In this document: positions 23,003 through 34,446 of the stretch, one piece after another
How positions within the stretch are numbered: position 1 is the stretch's first letter
Layout of the letters: each line of letters starts with the position of its first letter
Assembly (NCBI GenBank): GCA_973895155.1
Contig: OZ316892.1
Coordinates: 1,367,223-1,431,222, forward strand
Source: Marsupella aquatica
Lineage: Eukaryota > Plantae > Marchantiophyta
Direction of reading: 5' to 3'
Length of the DNA: 64,000 bases
Notes under the pieces: generated by a model
What the model was told of the DNA's origin: nothing
The model's input: only the letters and a program-made list of their open reading frames with translations
Database searches by the model: none
Made by a program: the position numbers and the translations under genes

Positions 23003-25053
23003 TGTCGCGCCGCTAACCTGGGCCTTAAATTCAGTTTAGTGCCATGGTGCGACCTCGACCACCAGTAAGGGTGAGGGTTCGGGCAAGGAGGTGTGTAGTG
23101 ACCTCTATTAGCCCTAAGTCGGGCTAAGTCGATATACTTACTGGTATAACACCTGCGTAATTCGTACTAGTCATAGGTATATTTGTTTTCCACCGCTGGA
23201 ATATTCCCTCAGTTAGTGACTCGGACTAACTCCCGGCTTGGGGCCTTTCAAGCCATCGACACGACAGGACCTTGTGACATACAATGAGTGGCAATCCCTA
23301 CCATTAGTCCGCACCCGGTACGTCCCTTAAAATGGCGCCTTTACCCAGACAAAGCATACACACAACACCACTTACTTGCGGAAACATAAGGGGGAAAAGA
23401 CTACATTTACTCAGCGAAGCATCAGTTTACATGGTTGACTCGACTTCAAAGGGGGTCAGCAGGCCCAACGGCAGTCGATGCCCAGTCTCTACGAGGCCCT
23501 GCCTTGCACTTGCCCAGCAAGCTCGACTCTGGCTCTCACTCCTTGGTGCGCTCTGACCCTGCTCAGGCCGGGACTCCCCGTGCCTCACCTTTCTTGTCCT
23601 GAGATAACTAAGCCTTCTCCCCCTTCCATAGCGGAAGGGGAAGCCTAAATACTATAATCGCGAAGGAGAGCCGGAGGATACTGCCTTCCGAGATACTACC
23701 TACCGACTAACTACCTACTGACTACTGGCCGCGCCGCACTGACTGGTTGACCGTCGACGACAAGGTGCCGATCGGGATGGCAGCGGCCAAGCCTACTGAC
23801 AAACTCTAGTCCGTTGATGGACTCCATCCTACGTTGGCTGATCCTAACTGATCCGGCCCTAATTCTTCTTACTGCCGCTAATCGGCGCCTAATGACAGTC
23901 ATTCTATCGTTACGCCTAACCAAAAGATGCCGCTGACTTAACCGCCTCGCGCGGCGCCTGCTTCCATCCTTCGCTAACCACCCCTTACGTGTGTGCAGTG
24001 GTTGGACCAGGGTTGGTCCCCTTGTCGGGAAGAGACCTCGAGCCGCCTTGATCAGAGGTGGGCCCAGGTTTTCCCCGCTGGAGGACGAGCAGGGTAATGC
24101 GGTCCTACAAGGCCTTGTTGTCCCGTACCGCCTCCTCCGCCTCGTTGGCAGCTTCATCGGCCTCGGTTTGGAGCCGCGCTACCTCCAGGTTGAGCTGGTT
24201 AATGGAGTCGCGATGGATCCGGTCCTGCGCCAGCAATTCATCTCGTACAGCGGAGAGACTAGCCACCTGCTGCGATGCCTGCAGGAATTGCTTGTTGAGG
24301 TCGGTCAGGCTGGTAACCCGAGCCGAAGATTCTGAGCGTAATTGAAGCACGGTGTCATCCAGCTTCTTGAGGTCTGCTTGCGCTCTGCTTAACTCCTGGG
24401 TTAGTCCGTCCCTCTGTTCGACGGTGCGGACTAACTCCTCGCGGCGGGTAGTTGTCTCCTCCTCGAGGTGCTCTACCAGCATCTGGAGGCACCCAATCTC
24501 ATTCCCCTTCGCCATGAGTTCTTCTTCCAAGCGGCTTACGATCCGTGGTTGGTGCTCTAACATGAAGAAGGCTGGTTGAAAGTACGCTGAGACTTGTTGT
24601 CCGATGTACGTCGCCAGCTCCCCAGACGTAGTCTGGCTAAACTTCTGTACCAGGTCGTAGGCCATGGTCCCCGGGGCTACTTGGTAGTCCTCCATCCTCT
24701 CGGGTACCGGTGGTTCCTCGGCCGGGGCAACGAGCTCCTCAGTAGTCAGTGCTGGGGAGGGGAAGGTTTCTTCAGGTGGTGGAGGGATTGGGGGTGGCTG
24801 TAATGCGGGTAGCGGAGGCTCGACGGAAGGGGGCATCAGAATTTCCACTAGAGGTGGTGGCGGAGTATTAGTCGGGGCTTCCGACTCGGGGTTTGCCCGA
24901 GGGACGGTAGTCCGCGTGTTCGGGGTTGCCTCCTCTGGGGCGGGGGTGACATTACCCGGGGCTGAGGTGGCCATATTCTTTCCTCTGGCCTCTCGCCGTG
25001 CCTTGTACCAGGCGAGGATATTGGCGATATGACTTCCCAAGTAAGTCTTCCCC
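23003..25053 (-). mobile_element. GC-rich LTR-retroelement fragment, copy A; truncated and fused to the integrase of the DNMT-Gypsy
   Basis: Starts tgtcgcgccgct and aligns by eye with 30063-32100, with scattered substitutions and indels. Confidence 0.8.
24000..25053 (-). pseudogene. 3' part of the retroelement accessory ORF (Pro-rich plus coiled coil), with a premature CAG>TAG stop at 24105
   Basis: Near-identical to the C-terminal half of 31031..32746. Confidence 0.8.
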
Positions 25054-27539
25054 TCCATGAAACTCAGTTCCCTCATCAGTCAACACCTCTGCTGGTGCTC
25101 CAAATGACTGAGTACATGATCCAAAAATGTAGCAGCAACTCCTCCACTGGCTTTATCTGGCAACGCTACTAGCTCAATCCACTTGGAGAAGTGCTCCACC
25201 ATGACCAAAACATACCAATTATAACATTGGGTAAGAGGTAATGGACCAGCAAAATCCAAACTCCAACGATATCCCAAACCCATGATCGACAACGGGTGCA
25301 ACTGGGGAGTGGGAGCATTAAATGATGCTCTCACTCTATCACATACCACACACTTAGCTATCAACTGCTGGACATGAGTGTGCATACCACGCCACCAATA
25401 CTGTGTCTACAGCAAGCTGTAAGTGCGCTTCACACCAAAGTGACCTAACTCCTCGTGCGCATGTTGCACCAAATGTACGAGTTCGTTGTGATGGTTTTGG
25501 TACCCCAACACCCTACCATCATGCAGTACTCTCAGAAGATGGTTTCCCTCCCATCGAAACCTCTTGGCTCTTTGTAGAACCCTGTCACGTTCCTTGGTAT
25601 CAACAATGCCAACAATAGAACCACTGTGCAGATATTTCAACACTCTCACATCATTGTGAATATCTTGCTATCCAAAAGTTACCTCACCAACATCCACATC
25701 TGAAGACTCATCATCCACTCCATCCAATGAGGTAGAGTCCACAGATCCACTATATGCTGGCACCCAACAAAGAAAGGCAGATGCATGCCATCCTGGCACC
25801 ATCTTCTTATCTGACTCATCATGCCATCTGGCTCTAGTCTCATCCTGCTGACTGGTACATGGGTTGCGGCTCAACCCATCTGCATCCAAGTTCACCTTTC
25901 CAGGTCTATGTAAAAACTGGAAATCATACTCCTACAACAACAATGCCCATCGTGCAAGCTTCCCAATAAGCTTGTCAGACTCCATCAACCACTTGAGAGG
26001 CTGATGATCAATGATCAAAGTGAAAGGATTACCAAACAAGTGATAGCGGAAGTGTGCCATAGCCCACACTGCTGCCAAACACTCTCCCTCATAAGAGCTA
26101 TACTTAGCCTCTGCTGAATTGTTTGATCTACTGGCATATGCCACAACAAACTCATGCCCTTCATCATCTTTCTGAGTCAGCACTCCTCCAAGTCCTACTC
26201 CACTCCAATCAGTGTGTAGCTGAAATGGTCTGCTTGAAATGGGTCTTCTCAAAATAGGGGATGATGCCAACCTTTTCTTCAACTCCTGAAAGGCATGCTC
26301 CTGGTCATCACCCCAAGTCCATTCTTGATCCAACTTAGTGAGTATGGTTAAAGGTTTAGCAAGCTGGCTAAATCCTTTAACATACCTCCTGTAGTAGCTC
26401 GCCAATCCCAAGAATGCACGAACTCTGCTCACATCAGTAGGACAAGGAATCTGTGTAATGGCCTCCACTTTAGTCTGCTGTACACCCAATCCCCCTGGGT
26501 ATATAGTGTGACCCAAATACTCAATCTGGTCTTAGAAGAACTTACACTTGCCAGGATGGAGCTTCAACCCATGTGCTCTCAATCTCTCCAACACAATCTG
26601 CAAATGCTGTTGATGTTCTTCCACACTAGAAGAATAGACCAAAATATCATCAATATAACATCTGACAAAATCCAAACCTGCAAGGATTCGATCCATGACT
26701 CTCTGGAACTCAACTGGTGCATTCTTAAACCCAAATGGTAAGAACAACCACTGATACAAATGATCTTTGTCATAAGAATCAATCCCCCAGAATATTGCCT
26801 AATTGGAAGCTGATGGTACCCTACCCTCAGATCCAATGAACTAAAAACCTTTGCATGCCCCATAGCATCAAAGATCTCCTCAGGTGTGGGCATGGCATAT
26901 CGATCAGATTTTATCTGGTGATTAATAGGTATGTAATCACCACACATGCGCCTATCTATGTAATTGCCATGCACATCTTTCTTGGCTGGCATCATTGTGG
27001 CAGATGCATACTCCCCATATGAAATCTCCACCAATCCAACCTCCAACAAATCTTGAGTTCTACTTTGAATCAGAGCTCTCTCCATGTCACTATAATGGTA
27101 TGGTCTATGAAAGATTGGTGCATCACTAGCCAATTCAATCTGAATACCAAGGCCCTTCAATGTCCCAAAATCCTTCATGCTAAATGCAAAACAATTCCAG
27201 TAACTCTTCAGGAATTGATGCATGTGACATCTCTTCTCCCTTGTCAGCTTAGGACCAATCTGTGGCTCCCAACTCTCCACCAAATCCCTAATATCTTTTT
27301 GTAGGGTAGAAGAGATAGTTGATGATTGCTATTTAGCAGTAGATTGAGCAATCCCTTCCTGCTCAACAATCTGTCCAGCCTTGGCCAATCTGGCCATAGG
27401 TCCATGGACTGTCTGCTTGCCCCCAGCTGTGGTCGTCACTATCTCAATGGATTGCAAGCTCACTAATGGATGATCAGTAACACTAGCAGAGCGCATCCGC
27501 AACTGTTCAACTACTCCCAAGCTGACAATCCAAGTTAAG

Positions 27540-28460
27540 CAATTCAAATCCATTGCTTGACCAAGGACTTGGCAGCGTGAATTCTCTGATACCAAGGCAA
27601 CTACAATGGTGCCTGTCAAAAATCCCATAGCACGCTCCCTCTCATCAGCAATAGGTTCTACTAACTGCTGGAGAGCTGTGTCCCACACAAGTCTAGGCCA
27701 CCTGCTCTGAATGCATATGAAGTAGAGTGGCTTACAAGAGTGGGTAATGCACGACATGGGCGCCCAACTGCATTGACCACTGCCAATGGAGGTCTATCAG
27801 GTTGGGTCACACCCTGTGCACGACACCCTAGATCCAAAATATCATCCACCACTAAGGCTGGTGAGTGTGGAATGCTGTCAAATGCGCGCTTCAGCACCTC
27901 ACATGGGATCAAATTAGTCCACCACAAGCGTGGACGATGTGCACGAGAACCCATACGTGCAACATCCAATAACACAGTAGGTCCAATCCAAGACCTCACC
28001 TAGTGAACACTGGCAACAATCCTAACAATGGCACATTCTCCAAATGTATGCTGGAGACTATCTGATGTAGCTAGAGATGACATAGCACCCGTAACATCTC
28101 CCAAAACAATGTAGAGCGTGGATCATGAAGTCCATACCCAACACCAACTCTAGATTGGCCTTGACATGGCCAACCAGCAATCACCAAATCAATGGGGCCA
28201 ACACGATGTAAATGATCCGCCCCCAACAATGAAATATCAGCAGGTAGTGCATGTTGATAACCACAAACAGCATGCACTGGCAGCACCTGTGGATATCTAT
28301 CCACCAACATAGCCACATGCCGCAATGAGATCCTCCGTGCTGTCTCATCTATCTCCACATACAAATAGTGACGCACATGAATTCTTGCCTGAAGAATAGC
28401 AGCCAATCTAGTGCTAATCCCACCAAATAGATCCAACAAGCAAATACCCTCCGGTGGATA
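27540..28460 (-). pseudogene. DNA (cytosine-5)-methyltransferase domain within the Gypsy pol
   Basis: Motif I LDLFGG, II VEID, IV GWPCQG (catalytic PC), VI LENV (28043-28032, in frame past a TAG), VIII RAHRPRLWW, IX ERERAMGF, X LGQAMD, all in canonical order. Confidence 0.9.
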
Positions 28461-28516
28461 CTGCCAAGCAATAGGAGTGGTATCCAATGGTGAAAGAGTC
28501 ACCGGTCCATCTGCAA

Positions 28517-28872
28517 GGGGTATGGCATGCGTGACAGTAAACAGGAAACAAGTTTATTGGTACTAGGAAAATTTTTCCTGTTACGAGCAAAAAGTTACTG
28601 TTACCAGGAAAAATAACCATGTCAAAATAGTTTCTAAAAAGTCTCATTTTCCAAAAAAATCTAAGTTACAACATTTTTTGGCTAGCTTTGGGCGCTAGCA
28701 AAACAAATAAAATTTTGAAAAAAAAAAAGTTTTTTTTTCCCAAAAAAAAATTTCAAAAAAATATATCAAAAAAATTTCAAAAAAATTTCAAAAAAAATTA
28801 CCACTCATTTTCCTGTTACTAGTTTCTGTTTTCTGTTACTGTTTGCTGTTTCCTGTCGTTTGTAAATACCCC
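28517..28872. mobile_element. AT-rich MITE inserted in the PR-DNMT linker
   Basis: Termini GGGGTAT...ATACCCC with imperfect ~35-bp TIRs; flanking duplication tctgcaa / tctacaa; removing it restores the reading frame. Confidence 0.85.
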
Positions 28873-30062
28873 TCTACAAGAGACCGCTCTGCTCGTGACT
28901 ATGGTGTAAAAGCATGACACCATGCTTCATGTATCAATCGTGCTGCTGCCTGTGGCAAGGCCTGTCCAGTGCCCCACACTGGTGGCACCACACTGCCAAC
29001 AGGTAATCCCCGCATGATCTGTTCCTCATGTGACTCCTCCAATGGTGAAACATCTGTTGCATGCGCATTATCCTCAATCAAATCATCAGGTCCAGTAATT
29101 ACACCACTGAATGCTGCCAAAGACAAGAGTGTGGATTTAGGGCCTCCCACAGGTCCACTAAATCTCACTAGCAACCTGCTCAACCGAGCATCTCTTGACT
29201 GCCAATCAGGTCTATATGACATTGATTCATGATTCCAAAAATCAAGAATAAATCCCATGGGGTAGAGCACCGCACATCCCACCAACACATCATATGACTT
29301 TGCCTTAGTCAAAATAGCTTGCGCCTGTATCTGTGAGCTATCTATAGCATGACCTTCCTGAATCCTCAAATCAAGTGGTCTCCTGGTGATATGCTGTGTA
29401 GGTGTAGGTCCCCCCAATGAAGTTTGAATGGGAAAGGGACAATCCTCCAAATCCTCTGGACGCAATCCCAATCCACGTATGACAAACTTCCCCAACATCA
29501 AGGGCTGAGCACCAGTATCCAGTAACACTCTCTCTGGCTGGTATACTGTTCCAGATGGCCCAACTAATGGAAAGATACCACTCCAATTATCCAATGACAC
29601 AACACTAGGTTTAAACCTAGTCCTCTCAAATGCAGGGCGTGTTGGTAAATCCACCAACCTTGTTGTTGCTGCATGCCATGTCTCACTAGTAGCAATAGGT
29701 GGCATGGTCTTCACTACTTCAACATTGCAAGCTACTTTTGCATGGGAAGCAACCACTGGAGTGTCCTCATAGAGTGTAGCTATCAATCTGAACACTTTTG
29801 CAGGAACAACTCCCAAGTTTAGCATGTTTGTCACTAAAAATAATGGGGTGTGTACTATAGTAGTAGCCGCCCCCAGCAGGGTACCTATCATCCTTGCTGC
29901 ATCACTACCTGATTCTGCCAACTTACCCACGCTAGGGTTTGTTCAAACCGGGTTCATGGAGGCAATCTGAACTGTCTCTAACAATGTAAAAGACTGAGGA
30001 AGCTTTGTCTGCCAACGTGCATCCCCCCTCTGTGGATCTAGCTCCACTACTACTCCTTGGGG

Positions 30063-32825
30063 TGTCGCGCCGCTAACCTGGGCCTTAAATCCAGTTTAGT
30101 GCCATGGTGAGACCTCGACCACCAGTAAGGGTGAGGGTTCGGGCAAGGAGGTGTGTAGTGACCTCAATTAGCCCTAAGTCGGGCTAAGTCGATATACTTA
30201 CCGGTATGACACCTGAATAATTCGTACTAGTCATAGGTATATTTGTTTTCCACCGCTGGAATATTCCCTCAGTTAGCGACTCGGACTAACTCCCGGCTTG
30301 GGGCCTTTCAAGCCATCGACATGACAGGACCTTGTGACATACAATGAGTGGCAATCCCTACCATTAGTCCGCACCCGGTACGTCCCTTAAAATGGCGCCT
30401 TTACCCAGACAAAGCATACACACAACACCAGTTACTTGCAGAAACATTAGGGGGACAAGACTACATTTACTCAGCGAAGCATCAGTTTACATGGTTGACT
30501 CGACTTCAAAGGGGGTCAGCAGGCCCAACGGCAGTCGATGCCCAGTCTCTACGAGGCCTTGCCTCGCACTTGCCCAGCAAGCTCGACTCTGGCTCTCACT
30601 CCTTGGTGCACTCTGACCCTGCTCAGGCCAGGACTCCCCGTGCCTCACCTTCCCTCTGCTGAGATAACTAAGCCTTCTCCCGCTTTCCATAGCGGAAGGG
30701 GAAGCCTAAATACTACAATCGCGGAGGAGAACCGGAGGATCCTACCTTCCGGGGTACTACCTATTGACTACTGGCCGCGCCGCACTGACTGGTTGACCGT
30801 CGACGACAAGGTGCTGACCGGGATGGCAGCGGCCAATCCTACTGACAAATTCTAGTCCGTTGATGGACTCCATCCTACGTTGGCTAATCCTAACTAATCC
30901 GGCCCTAATTCTTCTTATTGCCGCTAATCGGCGCCTAATTACAGTCATTCTGTCGTTACGCCTAACCAAAAGATGTCGCTGACTTAACTGCCTCGCGCGG
31001 CGCCTGCTTCCACCCTTCGCTAACTACCCCTTACGTGTGTGCAGTGGTTGGACCAGGGCTGGTCCCCTTGTCGGGACGAGACCTCGAGCCGCCTTGATCA
31101 GAGGTGAGCCCAGGTTTTCCCCGTTGGAGGACGAGCAGGGTAATGCGGTCCTGCAAGGCCTTGTTGTCCCGTACCGCCTCCTCCGCCTCATTTGCAGCTT
31201 CATCAGCCTCGGTCGGGAGCCGCGCTACCTCCAGATTGAGCTGGTCGATGGAGTCGCGATGGATCTGGTCCTGCGCTAGCAATTTATCTCGTTCGGCGGA
31301 GAGACTAGCCACCTGCTGTGCTGCCTGCAGGAGTTGCTTGTTGAGGTCGGTCAGGCTGGTAATCCGAGCCGAAGATTCTGAGCGTAATTGAAGCACGGTG
31401 TCGTCCAGCTTCTTGAGTTCAACCTGCGCTCCGCTTAACTCGTGGGTTAGTCCGTCCCTCTGTTCAACAGTGCGGACTAACTCCTCGTGGCGGGTAGTTG
31501 TCTCCTCCTCGAGGTGCTCTACCAGCATCTGGAGGCGCCCGATCTCATTCCCCTTCGCCATGAGTTCTTCTTCCAAGCGGCTTACGATCCGTGGTTGGTG
31601 CTCTAACATGAAGAAGGCTGGTTGAAAGTACACCGCGACTTGTTGTCCGATGTATGTAGCCAGCTCCCCAGACATAGTCTGGCTAAACTTCTGGACCAGG
31701 TCATAGGCCATGGTCCCCGGGGCTACTTGGTAGTCCTCCATCCTCTCGGGTACCGGTGGCTCCTCGGGTGGAGCAACGATCTCCTCTGTAGTCAGCGCTG
31801 GGGAGGGGAAGATATCTTCAGGTGGTGGAGGGATTGGGGGTGGTTGTACTGCGGGTAGTGGAGGCTCAACAGAAGGGGGCGGCGGAATTTCCACATGAGG
31901 AGGTGGCGGAGTATTAGTCGGGGCTTCCGGCTCGGGGTTTGCCCAAGGGACGGTAGTCCGTGTGCTCGGGGTTGCCCCCTCCGGGGTGGGGGTGACATTA
32001 GCCGGGGCTGAGGTGGCCATATTCTTTCCTCTGGCCTCCCGCCGTGCCTTGTACCAGGCGAGGATAATGGCGATATGACTTCCTAAGTAAGTCTTCCCCC
32101 CAATAGCCATACCACCCTGAGCCCGCTTCAGCTCCCCCGAGAATCTTCGGTAGAAGAATTGGGCCCAGTTTCGTCGCTTGTACTGTTGCACCTGCACGAT
32201 CGTGTAGAGGGAAATCTTGGATCGTGGCTCAATCATGTGTAGGGTAGTCCGTATGAAGTTAAGCCGCTCCATACAGGTTAAGTTGGTGCACGCCCCCTGC
32301 TTGTATCCGTTGTCCGTCTTACCCTCGGGTTTGAAGTGCCGCGGCGTATACTCCTTATCCCAAATTCGGATTTCCACCGGCACCGGCCCGGTTGGTAGGC
32401 AGAAGATTTGTGTTAACCGATGCTCCGTGAGTGATAAGGCCTGCCCCGAAACCTTGGTGGTCGACGCGTCAGTGTCAAAATTGGAGATGAACTCACAAAT
32501 CTCCTTCGGCCCGGTGGCGCACGGCCTCCATAGCAAGTGGGCGAACCGCTCCAACTGATGCTCCTTGAGATAGTCCGCATGTTTGAGTTTCTTGATCGCG
32601 ATCCAGACTACTTCGGGGATGCGGATTACCTGTAATAAGTTGGACTTCGGGTTATCCGGGGGCCGTCGGGTCTGGTTGGTCGGGGGGTTTGCCGGGGCAG
32701 GTGCAGGCGCGGCGTTGGTCCGCGTTGTTGATTCGGGGGCCATCATAGTCCTTGGCCGCTTACGAGGACGTTGTCTGGGGGGGAAAATGTGGTTCTTGAG
32801 GAAGCACCGGGCCTATGGCTGCTAG
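30063..32825 (-). mobile_element. GC-rich LTR-retroelement fragment, copy B, inserted into the DNMT-Gypsy coding region
   Basis: Same tgtcgcgccgct terminus as 23003; the DNMT-Gypsy reading frame runs right up to 30062. Confidence 0.8.
31031..32746 (-). CDS. Retroelement accessory protein (571 aa): N-terminal plant-transposon-type domain, Pro-rich linker, long coiled coil
   Basis: Intact ORF. LERFAHLLW..EICEFISNF..LSLTEHRLTQIFCLP resembles env-position accessory ORFs of plant Gypsy elements; second diverged copy at 24000-25053. Confidence 0.7.
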   Translation of the reverse strand: MMAPESTTRTNAAPAPAPANPPTNQTRRPPDNPKSNLLQVIRIPEVVWIAIKKLKHADYLKEHQLERFAHLLWRPCATGPKEICEFISNFDTDASTTKVSGQALSLTEHRLTQIFCLPTGPVPVEIRIWDKEYTPRHFKPEGKTDNGYKQGACTNLTCMERLNFIRTTLHMIEPRSKISLYTIVQVQQYKRRNWAQFFYRRFSGELKRAQGGMAIGGKTYLGSHIAIILAWYKARREARGKNMATSAPANVTPTPEGATPSTRTTVPWANPEPEAPTNTPPPPHVEIPPPPSVEPPLPAVQPPPIPPPPEDIFPSPALTTEEIVAPPEEPPVPERMEDYQVAPGTMAYDLVQKFSQTMSGELATYIGQQVAVYFQPAFFMLEHQPRIVSRLEEELMAKGNEIGRLQMLVEHLEEETTTRHEELVRTVEQRDGLTHELSGAQVELKKLDDTVLQLRSESSARITSLTDLNKQLLQAAQQVASLSAERDKLLAQDQIHRDSIDQLNLEVARLPTEADEAANEAEEAVRDNKALQDRITLLVLQRGKPGLTSDQGGSRSRPDKGTSPGPTTAHT

Positions 32826-34274
32826 TGTCAAGAGAGAACTTAAGTTAAGATCATGATTACTATTCTAGACTGGGTAGCAGACACCACAAGGAACGGTTCC
32901 GTGGATGAAAGCACAACATCATAACTCTTTTCTCCATACCTACGAACTATTGCCTCCTTGGCAGCTACCTTGGGTCGAGTTACAAAACGAATATCTCCCA
33001 ACGAGAAAGAAACGGGAGGCTCATCGGAGGGAGGTTTGTTGAGATCCATCTCAATACAAGATAAAAATTGTGCAAGCCCAATCCTGCCCGTAAACTACAT
33101 AAGGGTATACAATTGGCTCTATTGAATTTAATACCGCAGTTGCAAATGCTTCCCCAAAGTGAAAAGTCATATGCTAGCGCATTATCTCTTTTTAGAGTAC
33201 ATGAATTCTAATAAGGAAAGGATTAGGGAGAGGAAGAATAGGTACTGGTCTGGGCATTATCGTACTATCAAATATTCCATCCAACTAATTTTTATTCTAA
33301 TGACAAGAAATAGAATCATTCAACAAAAAGATCATCTATTTCAAACAAATATCATGCATTGAATTAACTCTAAGTATTTATACATGCAGACGTTTATCTT
33401 AATAGGTTGATCTTCTTTTGAATGAAAATACTATCTGAAGGTCCAACTCATACAAAATACCTCTGGCCGAGCCGAAACTCTAAGCAAGAGTGCATGAGTG
33501 GGTCTACTTCATAAGGATTTCACCCAAAAGGGAGCATATGATGTCAAGGCATTGTTGAGCACTTTCCAACTCTTTAGAACTTAATAACCATCTCCTATCA
33601 AATGACAACACTTTCTGAAGGTCCGACTCATACAAAATATCCCTGGCCGAGCCGAAGCTCTAAGCAAGAGTGCATGAGTAGGTCTACTTCATAAGGGTTA
33701 TATTCATAGAAGAGATCATCAAGTCCAATGGATTTTTAAGACTTCACAACTTAGTTGACGAAAAATGGGGAGTGAGGGGAGAGAGTCTCTCTCCTCTTTA
33801 TTTATAGTGCTCACACCTCAAGCACACGGATCAAGCATGGCACACGGATGGAAGCCATGTGCCACACATCCAAGGCAAGTAAGTGTGCTAGTACTGTAGT
33901 TACGTGAGTGGAGCAACTGTAGACAGTACACTGTAGTATGTACACTGTAGATCATACACTATAGCATGCATACTGTAGATCGTACACTGTAGCATGTACA
34001 CTGTAGATCGTACACTGTAGCATGTACACTGTAGCATGCACACTGTAGATCGTACACTGTAGCATGCACACTATAGGTCTTGCACTGTAGCATGCACACT
34101 GTAGATCGAATAATATAGCATGCATACTGTAGACCGTGTACTGTAGCATGCACACTGTAGGTTGTGCACTGTAGCATGCACACTATAGACTGCATATGCA
34201 AGAATTTAAACTACTATCCTATACTACTAAGCTATACTTAGGAGGAACTTACTAAACAAAGAATCCCCACGACA
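32826..34274 (-). repeat. 3' LTR (about 1.45 kb) of the minus-strand Gypsy
   Basis: Minus strand starts TGTCGTGG right after the PPT agtaggggtgata and ends TCTTGACA; TATAAAT at 33806-33800; internal ~82-bp direct repeats at 33434-33516 and 33614-33696. Confidence 0.7.
33890..34195. repeat. 14-bp-unit minisatellite (acactgtagcatgc / acactgtagatcgt) in the LTR U3 region
   Basis: About 20 degenerate tandem units visible. Confidence 0.9.
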
Positions 34275-34440
34275 TATCACCCCTACTAAACCTGTGCAGC
34301 CTCCGGTCTGCACCACACTTTAATAGTCACCCCTACTAATTTTGTGCATCTTGTAGTCTGCACCATACTTAATAGTCACCTCTACTAATCTTGTGCATCT
34401 TGTAGTCTGCACCACACTTAATAGTCACCCCTACTAATCT
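34275..34440. repeat. About 50-bp tandem repeats, each containing the PPT-like tcacccctact
   Basis: atagtcacccctactaatcttgtgcatcttgtagtctgcaccacactta repeated about 3 times between the INT stop and the LTR. Confidence 0.85.
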
Positions 34441-34446
34441 CTTACT

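Larger units (their letters stand above)
25054..30062 (-). mobile_element. Decayed Ty3/Gypsy internal region with domain order PR - DNA C5-methyltransferase - RT - RNaseH - INT
   Basis: PR LLDTGAQ (28899..29930); DNMT motifs (27540-28460); RT RMCGDY, PFGFKNAP, YIDDIL; RNaseH LHTDWS...YASRS...EGECLA; INT HEELGHFG, CVVC, WSLDFAGP, LTDEGTEF. Confidence 0.9.

Noticed and set aside
24105-25076. 323-aa ORF as a real gene
   Set aside because: Its N-terminus is out-of-frame integrase sequence across a deletion junction and its stop is premature relative to copy B.
23003-32825. The two direct repeats (23003-25053 and 30063-32100) as the LTRs of the DNMT-Gypsy
   Set aside because: There is no PBS or PPT at the inner edges, the DNMT element's reading frame runs straight into both junctions, gag is missing, and composition and decay differ. 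Independent insertions fit better.
30063-34274. One 4.2-kb LTR bounded by TGTCGCG...CACGACA
   Set aside because: The inverted termini are tempting, but composition switches at ~32826 where a TGTC terminus gives a self-contained 1.45-kb LTR. Not fully excluded; full-length copies are needed.
33890-34440. CRISPR-like array
   Set aside because: Units are contiguous degenerate tandem repeats with no unique spacers and no cas genes, in a eukaryotic LTR context.
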